Positions 24,419-37,642 of a stretch of DNA of 64,000 bases are shown here, piece by piece. Numbering within the stretch: the stretch's first letter is position 1; every line of letters begins with the position of its first letter. A program made the translations under genes and the position numbers. Under the pieces are notes generated by a model. That model was not told where the DNA came from and did no database searches. It saw nothing but the letters and a program-made list of their open reading frames with translations. Source of the stretch: Blepharisma stoltei ATCC 30299 (Eukaryota > Protista > Ciliophora); assembly GCA_965603825.1 (NCBI GenBank), contig CBFDEM010000012.1, forward strand, positions 682,001 to 746,000. The letters run 5' to 3'.

Positions 24419-26215
24419 ATGAATAATTCTTTCCTAAATCTTACATATAGCGAGCCTTCTTTATTGAATATTACAAGATCTACTACAGCTGGAGCCTCCT
24501 TTAAAATACGGAAAAAAATCCCTAAAGAGCTCAAAAAATCTGAATCAAGTATTTGCTCTTATGAGCCTTCTTTTTCTGAAAAATTATATCGGCGTAAGTC
24601 ACATAATAAAATCGAAATAAATCCTCATGTAGCTGCAAGGGTAGTTAAAGAATATTTTATTCCTATGTTTGAAACAAATACAAAATTGTTAAATGACAAA
24701 AAAAGATCCATGTCTATAGGAATTCAAAATCGAGCAAAATTTCAAGAAAAATATAAGCTGAGTGACGAAATAAAAGAGAAATTAGCTACGACTACTGGTG
24801 AATTAGACAAGCTAAAAGGAAATTGAGAGAACACTATTGATGAAATTGAAAAAATAAAAAATGAAATAACTGAGACACGGCTTAAGATGGAAGATGCGAA
24901 AACTTTTCTGGAAAATATTAAATTTCAGCTGAAACTTTCAGGATTTTCATTAGAAACCGACGATTTAATTACGTTTTCTGTTGAGCAAAAAAATAGAGGC
25001 TTATTTAAATTATGTGAAGAGACATCTAGTGAAAAATCAAAACTTAGACGGCTTTGTGCACGTGAACGAGAAGAAAATGATCAATTAAAAATAAAAACCA
25101 AGGAGCTTGTCCATTGAAGTGCGCTTCTTAAAATGCAAAATGATATAATGGGAGAAAGATTAAAAGGGATTTTTGATTCTGTTGTAAGCCTCTGTGGAGA
25201 AAACAGTTCAAGCCAAAAATTAGACTGAGAAAAACAGTTTATTATGAATTCTGCCCAGGAAATCAATGATTTTGAAGAAATAACAGCAGCCAAAACATTT
25301 TTAGCACTGCAGGATGCGACAGATTTTCAATTTCAAAATCAAAATATTTTGAAGAATAAATTAACTAATCAAATGGAAATGAGGAAAATTAGGAACCAAA
25401 TGAAAGATATTATTAGTAGAAAACAAAAAGATTTACAAAAAGCTGTGGTGGAAAGAGATTTTTTTAGAGATAAATTCCAAAGCTTAGAAAAAGAAAGCAA
25501 AGATTTTTCCGAAACATACGAAAAATTACGACAATATGCCCGAGAAGTTCGCCCCAGAAATCGTCTTAATAACGCCGACGAAGAAAAAATGTGCAAAAAT
25601 TGTGGTAAATCTTATTATGAAAAAGAAAATTTTAATTGGTCTTGCTCAATACACCCTAATGACTGAAACGGTTCTATATATTGATGTTGTGGGAAAACCA
25701 GAATAGATGCCCCAGGGTGTATTAAACATAAGCATGATCCAAGACTTGATGAATTAGATGAAGAAGAAGACAAAGAAGACAAATCCAAGCACCAGCGATG
25801 TTCCAGCTGTAAAGGTACAGGCCACACTCCTCGCCACTGCACAAAAGATCCAAATGCCAGAAGCGCTATAGATTTATCAGAAGAAAAAGAGCGGCTTAAA
25901 AAATTCCACAAGCAGCGCACAAAAATGGGAACCATGAACCTTAAAAACCACACAAAGCTTATTGGGATGATACAAACAAAGCTAGCCAAACAAGAAAAAT
26001 CAAGACTTGGCAAAAGCGCATTTATTGATATTAGCCAATATAGGGATAATCTCAATATAAAATACGCTTATAATATGAACAGTTCTGACATGTTGATACC
26101 ACACAAGTCTTATAGTTTTAAGAGCTTAAAGCGAGATGACTCAAGGAGCGAAATAGGATCACCAGAGTTATCAGCAATTCACCATAGAAAATCGATTGAG
26201 AATGAAAATTTTTAA
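24419..26215 (+). CDS. Coiled-coil protein with Btk-like Zn motif and CCHC zinc knuckle (598 aa)
   Basis: Four track ORFs join through TGA; CKNC..CSIHP..W...YWCC...PGC..H and CSSCKGTGHTPRHC. Confidence 0.8.
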
Positions 26216-26310
26216 ACAGAGACGTGTATAGAATTAAAACATGATTTTTCGTCGTTTTTGAAATATATAATTGATATTTAAATAACTAAAATCTTAATAA
26301 TCAGTTATAT

Positions 26311-26982
26311 TTACTGAAACTCAATAATTCCTCCATTCGCTACTAATTTTTCAGCGATTTCTTTATGAGATTCTTTAGACACATTCTTGAAAAGCAACAC
26401 AGGGCCATTAGCGACATTTTCTACGAATTCTTTAGATTCTTTTAAGCCTAGTCCAAGCATGTCTTTAACTTGTTTAATAAGCTTCACTTTGGTGGCGGGG
26501 TCAAAACCTTTTAATACCAAATTGAAAATATCTTTTTCTACCTTTTTCTCTTCAACTTTTTGGGTTGTTTCTACCTTTTCTGTAGGTGCAGAAAATACGA
26601 TTTGCTCTAAAAACTCGGCTGGCTTTTCTGCAAAGCCTAATTCCCCTAATGGTCCTTGAGCTAAATTATATCCCAATTGTGGTTTATTAGTTCTTTCAAA
26701 AATAGGCCAGGAGTATTCAGATCCTTTGAATTTAGCGATGTTGTATCTTAACACCCTCATTTCGGAAACAGACAAATTCAAGATCTGGTTAAGAACTATA
26801 TCAATCTTTTCAATCTGCTCTGGGGATAATGTCGATTTCTGCTTCCTCAATCGTTCTTGTTCTTCAGTTGTAAAGATTTTGTTGTATTTTTGTGAAAATT
26901 CGTCCATCTTCGCTTGGTAGTCTGGACCTGGGGCTACTTTTGGCATTGAAAAGAAAAATGCTCGAGTGATGACTTTAAGCAT
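26311..26982 (-). CDS. MRPL12: Mitochondrial ribosomal protein bL12m
   Basis: KVKLIKQVKDMLGLGLKESKEFVE L7/L12 C-terminal domain; N-terminal presequence-like start. Confidence 0.9.
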   Translation of the reverse strand: MLKVITRAFFFSMPKVAPGPDYQAKMDEFSQKYNKIFTTEEQERLRKQKSTLSPEQIEKIDIVLNQILNLSVSEMRVLRYNIAKFKGSEYSWPIFERTNKPQLGYNLAQGPLGELGFAEKPAEFLEQIVFSAPTEKVETTQKVEEKKVEKDIFNLVLKGFDPATKVKLIKQVKDMLGLGLKESKEFVENVANGPVLLFKNVSKESHKEIAEKLVANGGIIEFQ

Positions 26983-27060
26983 TTATTAATTCCATTGTTC
27001 TAAGGAAATAAAATGGAAATGCAAAATCGTTAGATATGTAGTTAAAATAATTATATCATA

Positions 27061-27642
27061 ATGGAGAATAAGAAAACTGAGAAATGCAATAGAAAAATCC
27101 AAAATTTAAAAAATAATTGCCCGAAAGGAAGAAAAGTAAAATCAGAAAAGCAGTTGAATAATGATAAAAACAAAACAAAAGATGTTGGTGTCTTTCAGTT
27201 AATAAGGACTTTATCACCAACAAATCTCGAAAAAGCAGTATCAATTAAAAATAAACTGGATTTTGCCCACAGAAGGACAAGTTCCGCAACTATAATTCAA
27301 CCGAGCTTTACAAAGAAAATTGATTTATATGATAGTCAGCATGATAGTTGTAAGGCAAGCACTTGCATATCTTTAGATGAAGAAACTGAAAATGTCCAAG
27401 TCATAGACTTCACTAAAGAAATTTTTAGTAAAACTGAAAGTCATAATATTTTCAATGAGTTTTTCAATGATATTGCTGATAAAGAGAATAGAAGTGAAAA
27501 ACTCTCATTTTTGCCATCACCAATGAGTGATCAAATTGAGTGGTTATACCAAAAATGGCAATATAATAATGAAAATTTAAACAAAAATCTGACAAGTTGC
27601 CCAAAGGCTAAGCAGATTTTGAGAGAAAAAATCCTTATGTAA
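27061..27642 (+). CDS. Hypothetical protein
   Basis: 193-aa ORF, divergent from MRPL12 across 78 nt. Confidence 0.6.
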   Translation: MENKKTEKCNRKIQNLKNNCPKGRKVKSEKQLNNDKNKTKDVGVFQLIRTLSPTNLEKAVSIKNKLDFAHRRTSSATIIQPSFTKKIDLYDSQHDSCKASTCISLDEETENVQVIDFTKEIFSKTESHNIFNEFFNDIADKENRSEKLSFLPSPMSDQIEWLYQKWQYNNENLNKNLTSCPKAKQILREKILM

Positions 27643-28032
27643 GAGTAGGTATACGTAACTAAATTTATTTAGTCTTAGAGGTCGTATTTAAGCTTTTTTA
27701 AAAATTAATAGCTCTAATGTGCCCAATGAGCACGGTATATGGTTTTTATTTGAATTTGAAATGTCAAGTGCACAGTTTATCAGATTCACCTGCAAGTTTG
27801 CAATATTTCAATTTTTTTATTTCTAAGACTCAATTAAAATTAATTACTCATAAATTGATGATTATTTTTCTATAAGGCAAATTTTACTTTTATTTTATTT
27901 TCCACCTTATATAATTTATACTGTCTATGCTTGCTCTCAATTTAAATTTTGAAAATACAGTAAATCCCTATTCTAGAATAGTCCATCTAACCCATCATAA
28001 AGAGGAGAAACAATAGTTATCAGTAAATAAAT

Positions 28033-28452
28033 ATGGGGAACTGTCTAAAAGTCCTAACAAAAAAGTCAGAAAAGCCTGCATCAAGACCAGACAAACCCAA
28101 AAAATTGACAATGGAAGAGATGCTAAAGCTTGATATAAGCAACATAGAAATTTTGCATGAAGATGGCAATACCTCTTGCTATTTCAGTAAATATGATGAT
28201 AAAATCAATGAAATTAGCCCAAATGAACTGATGATCATGTATTTTGAAACAGTCGATAGTAGGAAGGAAGAAGTTCAAATTCTAGCCGGAGAAAAAGTCA
28301 GTACCTTAAGGACAAAAGCTAAAGCAGCTCTAGGGCTAGATGATGTCCATATGTTTTTAGATGGAAGAGTTTTAGAGGACAAATGTCTATTAAACAGCTA
28401 TAAAATAAAGCAAGGTGCAGTTATTGATGTAATTAATGTATATCAGCCTTAA
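28033..28452 (+). CDS. Ubiquitin-like domain protein with MGNC acylation motif
   Basis: KVSTLR...MFLDGRVLEDKCLLNSYKIKQGAVIDV. Confidence 0.75.
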   Translation: MGNCLKVLTKKSEKPASRPDKPKKLTMEEMLKLDISNIEILHEDGNTSCYFSKYDDKINEISPNELMIMYFETVDSRKEEVQILAGEKVSTLRTKAKAALGLDDVHMFLDGRVLEDKCLLNSYKIKQGAVIDVINVYQP

Positions 28453-28769
28453 ACAGGCAGTTTTTTATGCTTCAAAGTATACCTAAATAAAAAAAATTTA
28501 TTAATCAATTTTGTTAATCCTAAAAATTGGCGACTTAAGACATTTTCTTTGGCTTTAAATAAAAACGATATAGTCCCAACTCTATTTTTTAATTTTTGTA
28601 ATAGAACTTAATTAAGCAAAAAGAAATTATAAAAATTATATTAGTCATTGTAAATTAATATATTATGGATTTATACTAGCAAATTATAAATTATCCAATA
28701 AAATAAAATTTAATTTTATTCAAATAAATCAACTTTAATATTCCAAAAATTCAATAATAAATTATCAAA

Positions 28770-30311
28770 ATGCAAGCATATGAAGATCCTTCCAGATCCT
28801 ACCACAACGATCCATCAGGTGCTGCTGGACATTCTTTATTAGAAAACAATCAAGCTTATAAGTGGAAACAAATTGTATATGAAAATGGTCCTCGGCCTGG
28901 GCCACGAAGTGGAGCCGCAAGCGTCGTTTACGAAGACTCTTTATATATATTTGGCGGATATGGAGGAAATGGACGTTTAGATGACCTTTGAGAGTACAAT
29001 TTCTGTGAAAAGAATTGGCATAGGCTAGAAACTCATGGGACATCGCCACCTGGTAGAGAAAATAATGGTGCTGTCTTATATAAGGGTGGAATGTATATAT
29101 TTGGTGGCTACTCAGGATGCTTTTGGCTAAATGATTTTCACCGTTTAGATTTACGTAAAGATTATTTAGATTCCTTTGCTTGGACTCCAGTTATAGCAAA
29201 AGAAGGAAATCTGCCATCAACTAGGTTTGGCTACGTAAGTGCAGCATGAAAAGATACATTTTTAGTATTTGGAGGCTATGATGGGTCTAATTGGCTAAAT
29301 GACATGCATGAGTACAACTTTTTAAAAATGAAATGGACTAAACTTGATATAAAAGGAGTTTCCCCAAGCGTAAGAAGCTGCCCTTCTTGGGTTTCATATG
29401 GGAAAAGTGTTTATTTGTTTGGAGGCTATGATGGTGTGCATAGGATGAATGATTTCTATGAGTTCGATTTAGAAGAAAAAGCATGAAAGCCTGTACAATT
29501 TACAGGACCGTCACCTTCGCCAAGGTATTTTCATTCTTCTGTTGTATATGGAGATTGTATGTATTTATTTGGAGGCTATAATGGTATAGAAAGGCTGCAA
29601 GATTTATATCAATTTGATTTTAATAAAAAACGCTGGAGCTGCTTAGTTGTGGAAGATCCTCCAACTGGAAGATCAAGCCTGGTGATCCAAGTGTACAGCC
29701 ATTCTATGTTTGCATTTGGAGGATACAATGGAAACTTGGTGTTGAATGATTTTTACGAATTTCAATTCGAAATGGTTGCCATTCCTCCATCAAGTTTTTT
29801 TAGTGATATAAAAAACATGATAAACCATCCATGTTTTAGTGACGTGACTTTTATTGTCGAAGACAAAGAAATTAAAGCAAATAGGTCACTATTAGCTGCC
29901 AGAAGTGAGCACTTTAACGCCCTTTTCTTCGGAGGTATGCGAGAACAAACTGATCCTCTTGTCCATATTGACGATGTCCAATACGAGGTTTTTGAAGAAA
30001 TTTTACAATATTTGCATACCGATACCATTCGGCCTATGAGTGTCGATATGTGTGTATCAGTTATGGTAGCTGCAGAGAGATTCATGATAGACAGGCTAAA
30101 AGCATTATGCCAAGACAATATAAGGAAAAATATTACAATTGAGAATGTTGTTCCTATTTTGAGAGTTGCTTATTATCATAGAGCAAATTCTTTAAAAGAA
30201 ATATGCATGGATTATATATGCTTGAACTTCAAAGATGTTAAACAAAATACCTCATTTCAAGAACTTGAAGCTGAGCCACATTTGATGATGGAATTATTAA
30301 TGAGACTTTAA
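28770..30311 (+). CDS. Kelch-repeat + BTB protein, LZTR1-like
   Basis: Six FGGY kelch blades, then BTB (SDVTFIVE...LLAARSEHF); TGA at conserved kelch Trp positions; probable 15-nt intron 29155-29169. Confidence 0.88.
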
Positions 30312-30552
30312 TAATAAGAAAAGTTGAATTTATTAAAATGATAATTCATTAAAGATTTAAGGTGGTCTGATAAGATATAAAAAATTTACCTTTCCATTTC
30401 TAAGAAAAAACTGTTACATTTATTCTCACTATTATTTTTTTTATAAACCTAATATAATACACTAATACTTATAAAATCCATAGCAAAATAAAATATTTCT
30501 TATCACTTATCAGAGTTTTTTCTTGTTTTAATTTTATTAGACCATAACATTT

Positions 30553-32655
30553 ATGAGTTTTAATTTTGAAGATGAATACCAAGATTACTATACAAAGAAA
30601 AGAGCACGAAAAGCCCAGCCACGAACAAACAACAACTCATTAGGCTCAGTAGACAGTTTTGATATGCTTACAAATGCAAATGCCTCGTGAAATGACGATC
30701 ATGAAGGAAGTCTTACCAGTCGTAGAAGAGAATTTTATTTAACTCGTCAGGTTAAAAATGAGTGAACCCAAGCTATGTTCAGAAAAGCATTAATAAAGAT
30801 AAGAGGTATTTTACTTTGAAAATCCATGGTAGACGATATCAGACTTTATGGAACCAAATCAAATTCATTATGCTCATATAACTCATGCAAAAGTAATATT
30901 TCATGCCTGCTCAAGTCAAAGTCTACCTCAAATGAATCAGAAAAATCAATGGAAATTAAAATAAAAAACAAAGTTTTTCATCCTAGCTCAAAATTCAAAC
31001 AAATATGAAACATCCTATTGCTTTTCTTTTTGATTTACACATTCACGGTAGTGCCATTAGAAGTCGCATTTATGGAGGAAACTATAGGAGACAGGTGATT
31101 TTGAATAAATACGACGTGTGACTTGTTTTTTCTATTTGATGTATTAATAAATTTAAATACAGCGATTTATGACTCAAGAGGAAAACTAAAGACCTCGCGT
31201 CTTATAATTTTTAAAGACTATTTGAAAGGAATGCTTATTATTGATATAATCTCAATATTCCCGTTTTATCTGCTTTCTTTAGGCTCAGCTTCAGGTGCTA
31301 ATAGATTTGTAAGGCTTTTACGAATGACTAAACTAACCAAACTTGTCAGAGCTAAAAAATTGGCTTCTATAGTAAAGAGTTTAACTGGCTCTGAAAAATT
31401 GGATAATTTTCTCGATAATTACCAAGGGGCAAGAATTTTGGGATTATTTATGATAGTAGCTATAATGACACATTTTGTAGCCTGTATATGGATTTTTTCA
31501 GCAAAATTAGACTCTTATAGCCCTCGGACCTGGATTGTCAGAAATGGATTAATTGACTACCCAAACTCTAGAATTTATTTAGCAAGTATTTATTGAGCTG
31601 TAACCACACTTGCCACTGTAGGCTTCGGTGATATAAGTCCCCTCACAGAAAATGAAATACTAATTACAATGTTCTGAATGCTATTTGGAATCAGCTCTTT
31701 TTCTTTCTCTATGGGAACTTTAGCAAGCGCCTTATCAAGCTTAGATGAAAAAGGCGCTATAATCAAAACAAAATTGCGGCACATTGAGCTATTTGCTAAT
31801 GATATAAAATTACCTAAAAATCTTACAAAGCAAGTCACTAAAAAAGCAAAAGAATATTTACGTGAAATTGCATTAGACGACAAAGAAAGATCTAACTTGA
31901 TTACAACAATTCCAAAAAACCTGAGATATGAAATAGGAAAAGCAATGTTTGATAATGCAATAGAAAAAGTTCATTTTTTTAAAAAAAAGGACGAAGCTTT
32001 AATTGCTGATATTGTCCCTCGTTTGACAAGGCTTGAATTTCAAGAACGCGAAATTATATATAAAAAAAATGACTATGCCGACAATATGTATTTTATTGTT
32101 CAAGGAAGAGTGTGCTATGTATATGGTCCAAAGCATTTTACTTTCAAAACTATGGTAGATGGCTCTTATTTTGGGGAAATAGAGCTACTGTCTCAAAAAC
32201 CTCGAGAATTTTCTGTTATGACAAAAAAATGATGCATATTATTAGTCATGAAAAAAAATATTTTTGAAATGATGCTGGAGCAATATCCAAAAGTCGCCCA
32301 AGAAATAAAAAAAATCGCAGCTGAAAGATATAAAAAAAATATTCAGGCACGAAAAGATATAATAGACTTGCTGGATGTCGTAGAATTGAGGAAAGAAAAC
32401 ACTTTAAAACAATTAGCAGGCACAAAAAAAATAAAAAGACGGAGGACGCTTAGTGGGGATGTGACACCTATGCTGGGTGATACAATGAATTTTAGTAATT
32501 TTGATGTAAAAAAAGAAATTATTGTAAATTTTATGCAGAGCATAACTGAAAACGTAGAAGCTTTAGATTCCAAGCTTCTAAAAGCTGTAAAATTGTTAGA
32601 AAATACGCCAAATATAGCCCGTAAGCTTCCACCTCTTCACCCGAAGGTTAAATAG
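30553..32655 (+). CDS. Voltage-gated K+ channel with cyclic-nucleotide-binding domain (KCNH/EAG-like, 700 aa)
   Basis: S4 RLLRMTKLTKLVR; pore YW(TGA)AVTTLATVGFGD; CNBD GSYFGEIEL. Confidence 0.92.
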
Positions 32656-32722
32656 TTATTTTGTATCAAAATCATCCAATAATTTTTCATATAAATTCTT
32701 ATAATTTCTATTTAAATTCTAT

Positions 32723-34276
32723 CTAATGGTGCTCTTCATGACCTTCTCCAACAGATCCAACTGATGACCTTCCTAATGACTTAATTGTTGCTTTGATTTT
32801 TCTTGCTTCTTCTAATGCAACTGGGTCTATCAAAAATGGCTTGATATATTTATTATCAAAATTCCTCCAAGTCCTATGAAACCATCCTCTCTCTTCAGAA
32901 TCCCCTTTAGTGATCACAATTCTGTTATGTCCAATTGCCAAATCCCCAAGGACTTTCTGTGCATCTACAGTCACAACGTCTTCTTCTTTTGGATCAACCC
33001 ACCATACCCACAAAGGTAAAACAACCCCAAATACCAATGTAGTCACAATAACTAGAGCTAAAACAGTCATTTTCATGATTTTTTCATTTTCTCCGTCCAA
33101 AGTCAGCACAAGGGCAAAACTGACTGCACCTCTGATAATTCCGCCCATCCAGCAGACTGCTAATTGTTTAATAGTAAGCTTATGTTTGCCTCTAGATAAG
33201 AATCTTGCAAGGAAACTGAGCCCAAAAGTCCCACAAAGTCTAGCAATCAGCACACCAATAATCATAAAAAATAAATAAACCCATGATACACTGAATACGT
33301 CGTAGCTTAAGGTAGTTAAGCCTAAATAGGCAAAAATTAAAGCTTCTGCGGCGTCTCCTATGAAATGCATGAATTCAGTACAAGCAATTCGGGAACTTGG
33401 AGTCATGTTATAGAAGGAATAGTGCCCGGAAATAATTGAAGCGACTAAGATGCAAATAACGCCTGAAATCCCGAGTAATTCAGCAACTGTGTAGCCGATC
33501 CATGAAATATATAAAAATAGCCCGATCATTTTGCTGGGGTCGTCTCTAAGGGATTTGAAGCGCTTTGTCATATAAGTTGTGACGACTCCGAATATTGACC
33601 CACATATGGTGCTTGTGAAGCAATTATATAAAAATTTTCCGATAAAAATAAAAAGTTCTTTAGCACCAATATTGCTTAAATCCATGCTACTTAGAGTTTG
33701 CACTAATAAAATCCCAATAGCATCATTACTCACAGATTCTCCTAATAAAATGCTAAATAATTTAGGTGTTTTATCTTCTTTTACCATTGCTAGAGTACAG
33801 ACGATATCCGTGGAAGACAAGACAGCACCTATCAATAACCCATCCTGTAGAGGTATATGATAAGTTTTTCCATCCTTAATTATAAGACCCATTTCGCTGA
33901 AAAGATAAGCTTCAAGTCCTATGACAATAAAAGCTGTTAATGTTCCACCAATTCCAAAAAGGAAAATTGGGCCAATGTTTTTAAAAAATCTTTTTCTCTT
34001 CAAATTGTAGCCTGCGTTCAAAATCAAGAAAGGGAGCATGAAATTAAAGAAAATTCCTTCATCGAATTCTGATGGACTTGTTCATGCCTATATAAATTTT
34101 ACTGCTCCCATAATTGCTCCGATCGCTATACCTATGATGATTACGATGCCAGATTCATGGATAAACCAAAACTAAATAATGATTACACCCCATTTTGGAA
34201 GATATGTGCCTAGGATCAGGAAAATTGAGACAAAAAGCAGGCAAAGAAAGATTTCGAATAAAAGTAAGTCCACCAT
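32723..34276 (-). CDS. Na+/H+ exchanger (CPA1, NHX/NHE8-like)
   Basis: FIHESG, LSSTD, GESVSNDA, IRGAVSFAL; two 15-nt introns (34172-34186, 34088-34102), each with an in-frame TAG. Confidence 0.92.
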
Positions 34277-35017
34277 TATTTTGTTTATGGAATTAGTAAG
34301 GATAGAACTGGTAATGGAATTATTTTTCTATTATAAAAGATATTGCTTTTAAAGAGACAGCTGCGTTCAAAGTTATTTATTGAGTGAAATAGCTTGATAC
34401 TTGATAAATTGTCTAGGAGGAATGAAATTAAAATAGCTTATAAATGCGGCAAATGCTCACTGAAATTCATTTATGAAGTCTGCCTATATTAATATTTGTA
34501 TAGATTTATTATATTCAAAAACTGAAAAAATTAATATATTTCCGAAATAGCTATTTACAAACATGAAGGCATTTTGCTGACTCAATGATTTCCAAGAGGG
34601 TGAGCTTTAAAAAGGTATATTGAATAGGTATTTAAAAGAATTTCAGAAAAATTAAATAAGATTAAATGCTTGATGAAGAGGTAATATTTTGATATTTAGA
34701 TTGGGTTGACTGTAATATATATTGGATAATAAAATAAACTATAACCTGTGGTAGTATTTTATTAAATAATTTTTGAGAGGGAAATTTGCTTTTATTAGCA
34801 AATTATTTTTAAAATGAAATGAAAATTGTATTTTGATTTTTATAATAAATAAAAGATACTCTAATTTTGAATATTATTTGTTGATAGAATATTAAGATAA
34901 TGCTTATTTTGAATATTTTTTATTATTTAGGGTAATTTAAACAGGTCAACGATAAGTTATGTGTTTTTCAAGATTTTTAGACTGAATCTTTAGGACAAAT
35001 TCTTTTATTTATACTCA

Positions 35018-35554
35018 CTATAAATTACTTATTATTTCTTTGCTTGAGTTACTGCCACCATTCTTCCCTAAAGCAGGAAATTTCGAGAATTTTTTTCTCG
35101 TCCTTAATTTTGAATATTCCTTGCTTTTCTTAAAATCGTTCTCAAATTTCGTAAAATTTAAAGAGCTTGATGCATGGCTAATTCTTTTATAAATTTCTAA
35201 ATTTTCTCTATCCCTCTGTTTATCTACTTCTTTTTTGCATCTTTCTTTATATTTTTTGATATTTTTTTCTTCTGCTTGAGAAACTTGCACTGTAGATGTC
35301 ACGTCAAGGAGTCTTTCTAAAAATTTTTCATTGGATTTTTGGATTTCATTTTTTCGCTCTGAGTTATCATTACCATGAGTATAAAACTCCCTTGTTGATG
35401 CCATTTGTGAATGCATTGGAAAACCTTTAGGTTTTCCGTTGTCAATTCGTGAGGATGAGCTTAGTATTTGTTTTACATGCGTTTTGTGCTTATTCAAACT
35501 GCTCTGCCAATCTCTCCATCCTGATAAATTTTCTATGATAACGTTGCCTTTCAT
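35018..35554 (-). CDS. CFAP97/KIAA1430-domain-like protein
   Basis: RIDN.KP...EIQKSNEKFLERL...RENLEIYKRI; first ATG at 35554; probable stop-free intron 35359-35373. Confidence 0.65.
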   Translation of the reverse strand: MKGNVIIENLSGWRDWQSSLNKHKTHVKQILSSSSRIDNGKPKGFPMHSQMASTREFYTHGNDNSERKNEIQKSNEKFLERLLDVTSTVQVSQAEEKNIKKYKERCKKEVDKQRDRENLEIYKRISHASSSLNFTKFENDFKKSKEYSKLRTRKKFSKFPALGKNGGSNSSKEIISNL

Positions 35555-35704
35555 TTTTATATAAGAGGAAACCAAAATAATTTTTATATAATTTTAATAA
35601 AGGCAACTTTTTTATAAATACCAATGCTTTTATAATAAAGTTCTTAAAAGAAAAATTTAAAAATTCCTATTTAATTATGAATAGCAAACGCGATCTAATA
35701 TAAC

Positions 35705-37294
35705 CTATATTATGACGATATTTTCTAAAAGTCAATTCTCCAATTCAGTGGTAGGACTACATCTGGAACCCTCAGATGAGAACCCACACTTTTTTGCTTT
35801 AAGCTCTATTTCTTGATCTTGATTGTCATATATCGTAGAAATTGTTCTAAATCCATCATTATAAATTCTGAACAAATTAATATAAGACTCTTTCGATAAT
35901 CCATAAGAAATAAAAGACCGAACTTTGGAGACTGATTTTTCTTGATGGAAAAGGAGCAAGCCAATTGGACTATACACATATTCACTAATAATTTGCTCGT
36001 TATATGGGTATATTTTCTTTATTGAGAACCTGGAGAATTCTTTGCTTATTTGGGAAGCTATAATTTTCTGGATTTTACTATAAGCCAGCTCTTCAATTGC
36101 TTTTTGTGTGGCAGGAAGGAAAGCTAATTTTACGATCCTAATGTCTCTATCAATAATAGTTCGTCAATTTTCATTTGAAAAATTCAAGCTTTCATAATAT
36201 TTTTTTGTTTTTTCTATAGCTTGATCATGTATAAACTTATAGGGCTTTGCTGTAAAATGATGCGTATGATTTTTAAAAAGTAAATTTTTCTCATCCACGC
36301 TATGATCTATGATACAGTCCATACTTTTTATCAGCAGATTTAATCCAGAATCACTGTCAGAGCTTCTGATTTTTCTTCACAAATTCAAAATATTTTCACT
36401 TAATTCTGCTTGAATTTTTTCAAAAACTTCTTCTTTCCATAATTTATTCATCAAAATGTGCAATTTAAATTCCTTGGTTTTTAAATTCTCCTTAATTTTT
36501 TCATTTCTGATATAATTGACCATCTCAGTAAAAGGCCTGAGAAACTCAGATAAATTTTGCATGGCCGCAGAAAATGCTGACCATCTCAGCATATATTCGT
36601 CTAAAAGATTTTCTCCAGAATAACACACAATTTTGCTATAGGAAAATTTGCAATTTATTGATATCATCTGATAAAGTAATGAATAAAATTTCATAATCCA
36701 AGGGTAGTTTTTTAGCTCGAAATCAGGGCTCCAAGTGTTATAGACTGCGCTAATTAGCATGCTGATATGGGATATTGAGGTAAATTCAGCACAGAATCCT
36801 TGGAAATTTGAATTGAAAATTTGAAGAATCCCTTGATGAGAGCTATTTTCATTAGGGTCTAAAAATAAAGAATTTCCAAGAAGATCTTGATAGTTTGAAG
36901 GGAAATATTCAGCTTTTAAGCTTGGAATTGGAGGTGTTGGATTTTTTAGCTCTTCTGATATATTTCAGTAAAGCTCATCTATTTCATTTTTGCTTAAATT
37001 TTCCCCTTCAAGCTGTTTCCAACTATATTTAATCTCAAATTGATTTTTTACTAAAATCTTCCACTGTGAGCCTGATAATTCGTTTTCATGCTTGGCTAGT
37101 TTTGGATATATAGCAATCTCATCATAAATCTGATATAAATCAAGCTCACTCATAAAAAGTCTCACAGCTTCATTTTTCCAAAATTTGTCTGAATCAGCTA
37201 TTTTCTTGTATTTTTTGCATGTTTGAGCTAGCTTAGTAAGCTCCTTGTAAGTTAAGAATTCACAAATAACTTGAAATACATTCAACGATAACAT
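35705..37294 (-). CDS. F-box protein with cullin-repeat-like region (529 aa)
   Basis: Three track ORFs join through TGA with no TAA/TAG until 35705-35707; F-box VFQVICEFL...LAQTCKKY...FW. Confidence 0.8.
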
Positions 37295-37642
37295 TTTTTT
37301 ATTAGATTTAATATGGCTGCAGCTTTGAGGTTGTGTTAGAAAATTAGGGAAAAATTAATTTTTTAGGATATATATGAGAAAATGTTAATAATTTATTAAA
37401 TTTTGAAAATGCTTTGTATTTATAAAGATGAAGCTGATTTATCTATTATAATTAATAGTTAAGCAGAAGAGCAGTAAAATTTCCAGCCATTATTATTACT
37501 GTAATATAGATAAAGTGATGCAATTATTTGATTGAGGGAATAATTATGGATTTTTAGCTATCTTAAATGCCTGATAAGAACTGACAAGAAAACTAAGATA
37601 TTTGGAGAAATAAATAAAGAAATTTTGTTTATTGTAAAAATA

